Positions 58,064-64,000 of a stretch of DNA of 64,000 nt are shown here, piece by piece; position 1 is the stretch's first letter, and the number at the start of each line of letters is the position of its first letter. The stretch comes from a virus (Duplodnaviria; Caudoviricetes): positions 1 to 64,000 of the IMG/VR virus record IMGVR_UViG_3300031775_000001; one strand, given 5' to 3'. Position numbers and translations under genes: made by a program. A model generated the notes under the pieces. That model was not told the DNA's origin, ran no database searches, and saw only the letters and a list, made by a program, of their open reading frames with translations.

Positions 58064-60508
58064 TCAATCGATATCTGTCAAGTCCAATTTGATCAAACCT
58101 TTCTTTTTTTTCAAAATCTTTTTCGATAATATATTTTCTATCTTATTTCGAATCAATCTATTTACTGGGCGAGCACCCATTTTCTCGGCAAAAGCTAAAT
58201 CACTAAGGTGACTCACAATGTCATCCCCAATAACCAATTTGATACCTTTTTTCTTTAATTTTAAAACCAAAGCTTTGATATGAGATTTTAAAATGAACTT
58301 AATATGATCTTTAGAGAAGGCTTTGAAGACAACAACCCCGTCAACCCTATTGATGAACTCTGGACTAAAAGTATCTTTTGCCTTTTCGGAAATTTTAGAA
58401 TCAATGTTAGACTTGTTATTGGAAAACCCTATAGAGGTCTCTTTGTCAAATAAATCAGCACCCAAATTACCGGTCATTATTATAATGCAATTCTTAAAGT
58501 CAGCAACCCTACCCAACCCGTCGGTAATTCTACCTTCCTCTAAGACCTGCAAGAGAGTGTGAATAACAGATGGGTGAGCTTTTTCTATTTCATCCAATAA
58601 AAGAACAGAATAAGGATTTTTTCTAATTTTTTCAGTCAATTGCCCTCCTTCTTCGTATCCAACATAACCCGGAGACGCCCCAACCAATCTAGATGTATTT
58701 GCTTTTTCGGAATACTCGCTCATGTCTACATGAATAAGATTCTTTTCGCTTCCGAAAAATAATTTCGCTAAAGCCTTGGCTGAGAAAGTTTTGCCAGTGC
58801 CTGTTTCCCCTAGCAAGAGAAACGATCCTATTGGCTTGGAGTCATCTTTTAAACCGCTTTTCGCCCTCAAGATAGATTTGGATATAGTGGAGACGGCCTC
58901 TTCTTGGAATAAAATAACCTTATTAAGGGATTTTTCTAATTTAAGAAGCATGTCCGACTCTTTTTGTGAAATATTATTAACAGGAACTCCTGTTTTAGAC
59001 GAAACCACATCATAAATATCTTTTTGCGTCACATAAAAAGATTTTGAGAGCAAATCTTCCGACCAATCATTTAATATTTTCTCATACTTAATTAGCAAAC
59101 CCTCTCTTTTTCTCTTTATTTGGGGATCAATTATTTCATTTTCGCCTTCTCGAACCAAAACTGCAATTTGATCTTCAATAACCAAGGCTTCAGGAGGCTT
59201 TACCAAGTTTCTCATTTTTACTCTAGCCCCAGCTTGATCTAAAATATCAATAGCCTTATCTGGCAAATACTTGTCGTTCATGTACTTAATGGACAAATCA
59301 ACAGCCAGTTTAAATATATTTTTTCTGTATTTCACATGGTGAAACTCTTCATATTTAGGAGCTACCCCTTCTAGTATTTTTACAGCCTCAACACCGGAAG
59401 GCTCCTCAACATTAACTTCCTGAAATCTTCGATCCAAAGCCCCATCTTTCATTATGGATCTGGAGTATTCTTTCGGAGTTGTCGCCCCAATACATCTAAT
59501 ATCACCTCGGGCCAAAGCAGGCTTTAATATATTCGCTGCATCCATACTCCCTTCGGCACTCCCGGCCCCTATCAGAGTGTGTATCTCATCTATAAATAAC
59601 ACCACATTGGAGGAAGACTTTGCCTCTTCTATTATCTGTTTCAGCCTTTGTTCAAATTGGCCTCTATATTTTGTGCCTGCTATCATCGAGGCCAAATCTA
59701 CTTCGTAGATAATTTTTGAACAAAGTAAATCAGAAGCTTTATTATTTACTATTCTCTCTGCTAAGCCTTCTACTAAGCTTGTTTTGCCCGTTCCGGGAAG
59801 GCCAATCAATATGGGATTATTCTTATTTCTTCTGCATAAAATTTCAGAAATCTTCTCAAGCTCCCCTTCCTTGCAAATAACTTTATCAAATTTTCCTTCA
59901 GAAGCCAAAACATTATAATTCTTCGCGAATTTCTGAAGAGCCGAACCCTTCTCTGACCTTTTGGGTCTGCTTTGGCCCGGATTAAAGGATTCTTCCTGAG
60001 TAGGCTCATCTATAGGCGCGGATGTTGATGGCAATAGGTGAGAATAATCACCTCCTATTAAAAACATTTTTAAAAACTCAGAAACATTGTCGCAATCCAC
60101 ACCTAATTCATCGAAGTATTTGCGAAGAGGAGAACTCTTATCAACCAGCATTATAAAGAAAATATGCTCTAGCCCTACATAGCCATGATTCAACTCATTG
60201 GCGAAATCATTTGACTTATTTAATATTAATTGAAAATCCTTGGAGTACTTTGCCGTCTGAACCTGAAGCTCAGAGTCATCATAGCTAGGGTCTAATATGA
60301 TATGATCTAAAACAAACTCTTTAAAATCATTTATATCTATATTGATTCTTGAAAATATTTCTAATATAGCAGTTTGATCTGTATCCAAAACAGATATAAG
60401 TAAATGATCTAGACTTACATCCGAAGATTGTAGTTGAATAGCCTTCTGTTTTGCTAACTTAATGACCTCCTTAGCTCTAGGAGTGAAATTTGGCTTTGTT
60501 GACATCAT
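58064..60508 (-). CDS. clpC: ClpC/ClpA-type HSP100 ATPase (814 aa)
   Basis: Clp N-domain, two AAA+ modules (GLPGTGKT, FIDEIH, GETGTGKT, LLDEIEKAH) and IGF ClpP-docking loop. Confidence 0.92.
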   Translation of the reverse strand: MMSTKPNFTPRAKEVIKLAKQKAIQLQSSDVSLDHLLISVLDTDQTAILEIFSRINIDINDFKEFVLDHIILDPSYDDSELQVQTAKYSKDFQLILNKSNDFANELNHGYVGLEHIFFIMLVDKSSPLRKYFDELGVDCDNVSEFLKMFLIGGDYSHLLPSTSAPIDEPTQEESFNPGQSRPKRSEKGSALQKFAKNYNVLASEGKFDKVICKEGELEKISEILCRRNKNNPILIGLPGTGKTSLVEGLAERIVNNKASDLLCSKIIYEVDLASMIAGTKYRGQFEQRLKQIIEEAKSSSNVVLFIDEIHTLIGAGSAEGSMDAANILKPALARGDIRCIGATTPKEYSRSIMKDGALDRRFQEVNVEEPSGVEAVKILEGVAPKYEEFHHVKYRKNIFKLAVDLSIKYMNDKYLPDKAIDILDQAGARVKMRNLVKPPEALVIEDQIAVLVREGENEIIDPQIKRKREGLLIKYEKILNDWSEDLLSKSFYVTQKDIYDVVSSKTGVPVNNISQKESDMLLKLEKSLNKVILFQEEAVSTISKSILRAKSGLKDDSKPIGSFLLLGETGTGKTFSAKALAKLFFGSEKNLIHVDMSEYSEKANTSRLVGASPGYVGYEEGGQLTEKIRKNPYSVLLLDEIEKAHPSVIHTLLQVLEEGRITDGLGRVADFKNCIIIMTGNLGADLFDKETSIGFSNNKSNIDSKISEKAKDTFSPEFINRVDGVVVFKAFSKDHIKFILKSHIKALVLKLKKKGIKLVIGDDIVSHLSDLAFAEKMGARPVNRLIRNKIENILSKKILKKKKGLIKLDLTDID

Positions 60509-60513
60509 AAATA

Positions 60514-60520
60514 ATTACAC
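60514..60520 (-). promoter_or_regulatory. candidate phage-sigma promoter motif GTGTAAT
   Basis: 5-8 nt before the clpC start codons; overlaps the dnaE stop. Confidence 0.35.
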
Positions 60521-63084
60521 TATTTTATATCTGATAATTTCATATAGATTTTTTCGTCCACAATAGAAAGCTTATCCAAGAACAAAATATCATCTCCTTT
60601 TTGCCCAGTAATGATCACTATATTATCCTTTTTAGGGATCTTCCCCCCATTATTTGTATATTTAGATAAAGCTTTTTCTCTGTTATCCATCATCATTGCA
60701 TCATAAGTACCATACTCATCCGATATGGTCATCTTGATATAGGGTATATCTTTTTTGCTTTTCCTCTTGATGCAGTCCTCTATGACTCCAATGAATTTTC
60801 CCCTTTCTTTTAACTCTAAACCGAAAAAATGAATAGAATTATTTAGGCTTTCATTTTCACCAAACGAATCTTTTAGCTCGGTGCTATGACTAAATCCTAA
60901 AAGCTTTCTTTCGAAATACCAATTAGCAAATTTTTCATAACTTTTATTCCTGTCATAAATTTCTTTATAAGGGTAATATTTCTTTTTAAATGTTTCAAGC
61001 CTGCCCTCTGAGAAGATTACTCTCCCGTCATCAGCAATTAATGATTCTTTTATACATCCATTGATAGTATTTAAGCAATCATACTCAAATCTTTCTCCGA
61101 GTTCTATAAAGTTTCTTTTCTCTCTGTCTGTTAATATATTGAAAGATTGAGCCTCTAGAACCAGTCTAGATCTTTTTGATTTAAAATCAGATAATGCTCC
61201 AGCCTGTATTAGGGAAGAAAGGATTCCTATGTTAAGCCCTGCTTGTTTGGCAGAAATGAAAATTTCATATTTATTTGTGTTCTCAGAATTTCTAAATGAA
61301 CGGAGGGCGTTTAATGACTTCTCGCTAATCCCCTTGACGCTGTTAAGGCCAAACCTTATGTTTTTATTGTCAAGAGAAAAGCCCATTTCTGATTGGATCA
61401 AGTCAGGAGGCAAGAGGGTTATATCAAAAAAGGAAAGCTCTTGGCTAATCTTATTGATTTCCTCTTGAGGAGAAGGTTCAAACTGAGTCATTTCCAGAAG
61501 AGACAAAAAGAACTCTTTTGGATGATTGAACTTTAGGTAAGTAGTCCATGCCGCGAGAATGGAGTAGCAAATCGAATGAGATTTATTAAAAGAATAATTA
61601 GCACTATCTTCGGCAACCTTCCATAAAATAGAACCAATATTTTCATCTAGCCCCAAATCTTTTATTTTGTTCTCTATTTTTTCTTTCCACTCTGGCATCT
61701 GAGCCACTTTCTTTTTCCCAACGATTCTCCTCAATTGCTCTGCTTCATCCAGAGTAAAGCCAACCTTTACGGCCATCTTCATCAATTGCTCTTGATACAA
61801 AGGTATGCCTCCTGTATAGCTAAGGACATCATCGAAAAAACTATGAACACTTTGGAAAGCTCCTGAAGATACATATCTTTCATAGTAATCCATGAATTCT
61901 ATAGCCCCTGGCCTCGCTATAGCAACCACAGCACTTAACTGGTCTAGATTTCTGGGTTTAATCTTTTTGCACACTCTAAAATCTGTATCCGCTTCAATCT
62001 GGAAAATTCCATGACGACTTTTTAAATTTTGCAATGGTTTATAAAGAGAATCCTTTGATAAATCAACATCATAAATATCCATTCCTACATACTTGCATGT
62101 ATTATAAATGACGCTTAAGGTTCTCAGCCCTAGAATATCGAACTTAACCATTAGCTCTGCGACCCAATTCATGTCATAGCCAGTGACTAAAGCCCCTTCT
62201 GATGTCTTTTGGACCGGGCAAATATCTGAAAGTTTTTCGAAGGATATGGCTATTCCAGAGGGATGCACTCCCACATTTTTATTTAACCCCTGAAGTTTTA
62301 AGGCTATTTTGTAAACTTTTTCATTAGAATCAGCCCACGATCTAAATTTTTCACTTTCTTCATAAGCCTCTGGCAAGGGAACTACTAACCCAAATTTCTT
62401 TGGGATACTGTCGCTTATTTCATTTACTTCTTGTTCGCTCATCCCCCCTACGAGTTTACCGCACTCTTTTGCGCATAATTTACCACTAAGAGTCGTAAGG
62501 GTTAATATCTTTGAGGTTCTGCCCGGATATTTAGACTCAATATATTCGATAACCTTATACCGATGTTCATAAGCAATATCATTGTCGACATCAGCCAAGA
62601 GGCTACCATCTAAATAAGAAATCCCATCTTTTTCTACTGTTTTTGCCCGGCTTTTAGATACAAACCTCTCGAAAAATAACTCGTATTTTATTGGATCTAC
62701 CTGTGTTACTCCTATCAGGAACAAAACAAGCGACCCAGCCGCCGAACCCCTCCCCGGGCCAGCAGGAATGCCTTCCTCCCTGCAGAAATTAAGAACATCC
62801 CAATTAAGAAGAATATAATCAATAAAACCCAGATCGGAAAGAATTGATAACTCCATGTCGAGCCTGTCAGTATACTCCTGCTTGTTGTGCTTCTCGTTGA
62901 TTTCATATTTATTTTCTCCAGATACGCATAGAGCCTTAAGGAAGTCCAAATTAGAAACTTCATTGGAAATACCAAGTCTTTTGTAATGCCTCTGCTCTAT
63001 GACGATCTTAGGCAATCTAACTCCCGGTGGGGAGCATCCTTCATAAGAAGAAAAGTTATTATAAAAAGAGTTTTTTGTCATCAA
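60520..63084 (-). CDS. dnaE: DNA polymerase III alpha subunit (family C) lacking the PHP domain (854 aa)
   Basis: GPGRGSAAGSL, LFFERF, ADVDND, HPSGI, KFDILGL, YSFNKSH, IRFGL..VKGI and C-terminal OB fold. Confidence 0.95.
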   Translation of the reverse strand: MMTKNSFYNNFSSYEGCSPPGVRLPKIVIEQRHYKRLGISNEVSNLDFLKALCVSGENKYEINEKHNKQEYTDRLDMELSILSDLGFIDYILLNWDVLNFCREEGIPAGPGRGSAAGSLVLFLIGVTQVDPIKYELFFERFVSKSRAKTVEKDGISYLDGSLLADVDNDIAYEHRYKVIEYIESKYPGRTSKILTLTTLSGKLCAKECGKLVGGMSEQEVNEISDSIPKKFGLVVPLPEAYEESEKFRSWADSNEKVYKIALKLQGLNKNVGVHPSGIAISFEKLSDICPVQKTSEGALVTGYDMNWVAELMVKFDILGLRTLSVIYNTCKYVGMDIYDVDLSKDSLYKPLQNLKSRHGIFQIEADTDFRVCKKIKPRNLDQLSAVVAIARPGAIEFMDYYERYVSSGAFQSVHSFFDDVLSYTGGIPLYQEQLMKMAVKVGFTLDEAEQLRRIVGKKKVAQMPEWKEKIENKIKDLGLDENIGSILWKVAEDSANYSFNKSHSICYSILAAWTTYLKFNHPKEFFLSLLEMTQFEPSPQEEINKISQELSFFDITLLPPDLIQSEMGFSLDNKNIRFGLNSVKGISEKSLNALRSFRNSENTNKYEIFISAKQAGLNIGILSSLIQAGALSDFKSKRSRLVLEAQSFNILTDREKRNFIELGERFEYDCLNTINGCIKESLIADDGRVIFSEGRLETFKKKYYPYKEIYDRNKSYEKFANWYFERKLLGFSHSTELKDSFGENESLNNSIHFFGLELKERGKFIGVIEDCIKRKSKKDIPYIKMTISDEYGTYDAMMMDNREKALSKYTNNGGKIPKKDNIVIITGQKGDDILFLDKLSIVDEKIYMKLSDIK

Positions 63085-63577
63085 TAGGTTTCCCCATAAC
63101 AGAAAGAGGGACTATATAGTTGATCGGCATCCCTTTTCCATATTGTTTTTCTATTTTAAATTGATCGAATGATTTTTTTGAAATCGTCCCAAGGATCTCA
63201 ACGGTATTATTAAGGCGCAATTGCTCTTTATTTATCCTAACCAATACATAAAGGGACGGATCTCTAGCTTCATATTCTGTTTTTTTAATCTTTAGTTCCG
63301 GCTCGCCCTTACCGATATAAGTAATCGCTTTTACTTCTACATTGGGGAAATCCTCCCCTGGGTCTCTGACTGGATATATGTTTTTATCTATTTCTTGATT
63401 GCTGTATTTAGCCCATGCAAGTTCCCCAAGAATACCTATTGTATGAGCAGCATACTCAGATTCGTGATTTCCCAACCGATAGGAATTCCTAAAAGAAATA
63501 TCTTTTGCATCATGCCTTTCTCTAGCAAGATCTCTTGCCTCGCGTAAGTCATCATCACTAAAGCATATCTTAATCAT
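63059..63577 (-). CDS. putative PD-(D/E)XK-family nuclease-like protein
   Basis: IGILGELAWAKY...DPGEDF..VEVKAI pattern. Confidence 0.45.
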   Translation of the reverse strand: MIKICFSDDDLREARDLARERHDAKDISFRNSYRLGNHESEYAAHTIGILGELAWAKYSNQEIDKNIYPVRDPGEDFPNVEVKAITYIGKGEPELKIKKTEYEARDPSLYVLVRINKEQLRLNNTVEILGTISKKSFDQFKIEKQYGKGMPINYIVPLSVMGKPIDDKKLFL

Positions 63578-63999
63578 ACTTCAAATGCCCAGATTAATTT
63601 CTGGAAAACCTCAAAGTTTTTCTCTATATCGTATAAGGCATCGTGGAGTTTTGAGGGGTCAAAATCTATATCATAATCCACGCATAGTTGTTTTAAATTA
63701 GTCTTTACCCCTCTTTGTCTAATGCCTACCATTCTGTATTGCCATGACAATAAGTCATCATCTTTATCTAAATTAATTCCCATTTTTATGCCCTTGGCGA
63801 TGCAATTTGTATCAACCAAGCGATTCACATAAGAAAAATCAGTATCTTTATTTAATAAATGACGGTTAATATTATGGATGTAAACATCAAATCCTAATAG
63901 ATTATGACCCACGCTCATATATTCTTCGTCGTAAAGATATTTCTCGAAAAGTTCAAGAGGTTTCTCTGGGGCAACCGCAAGTTTTTTATATTTAGATTT
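63574..63999 (-). CDS. DEDDh 3'-5' exonuclease (DnaQ/epsilon-like), 5' end outside the window
   Basis: VGHNLLGFDV (ExoII) and LHDALYDI (ExoIII); the frame stays open to the window edge. Confidence 0.85.
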   Translation of the reverse strand, partial: KSKYKKLAVAPEKPLELFEKYLYDEEYMSVGHNLLGFDVYIHNINRHLLNKDTDFSYVNRLVDTNCIAKGIKMGINLDKDDDLLSWQYRMVGIRQRGVKTNLKQLCVDYDIDFDPSKLHDALYDIEKNFEVFQKLIWAFEV

Positions 64000-64000
64000 A

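Noticed and set aside
9260-59708. Most plus-strand ORFs in the track (e.g. 9260..9607, 15567..16010, 33434..33829, 59454..59708)
   Set aside because: They are antisense shadows of well-supported minus-strand genes.
62715-62975. Alternative-frame ORF inside dnaE
   Set aside because: It is fully nested in the conserved polymerase region with no independent signals.
58064-63084. Stop-codon reassignment (alternative genetic code)
   Set aside because: The long genes (clpC, dnaE, rIIA) are intact under the standard code and all three stop codons terminate genes.

Overview
This is a 64-kb AT-rich segment of a large dsDNA bacteriophage read in the standard genetic code. Nearly all genes are on the minus strand. 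I recognised no virion structural genes and no integrase. About 1-40 kb is an early/accessory region of roughly 100 small ORFs. Many have their own sigma70-type promoter, with the ATG 5-6 nt after the -10 box (probable leaderless mRNAs). This region also holds rIIA/rIIB, SprT-like, macro-domain, pyrophosphatase and cupin genes, tRNA-Arg(UCU), and two promoter-delimited non-coding transcription units (~5.4-5.9 kb and ~7.2-7.7 kb). The strongest hit is at 40.4-42.0 kb: a 403-aa TnpB/Cas12f-like RuvC nuclease with an intact D-E-D triad, directly followed by a boxA-like element, a structured leader and a 3-repeat/2-spacer CRISPR mini-array. No cas1/cas2/tnpA is present in the window, and a second, covarying copy of the leader scaffold sits in front of the gene. 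About 44-64 kb holds an operon of two triple-Fis-HTH paralogs plus an ECF-like sigma factor, a TorF-like porin, RuvB-like, Rad52-like and Whirly-like proteins, glycosyltransferases, ClpC, a PHP-less DnaE and a partial DEDDh exonuclease. All family assignments come from motif recognition by eye; no database search was run.
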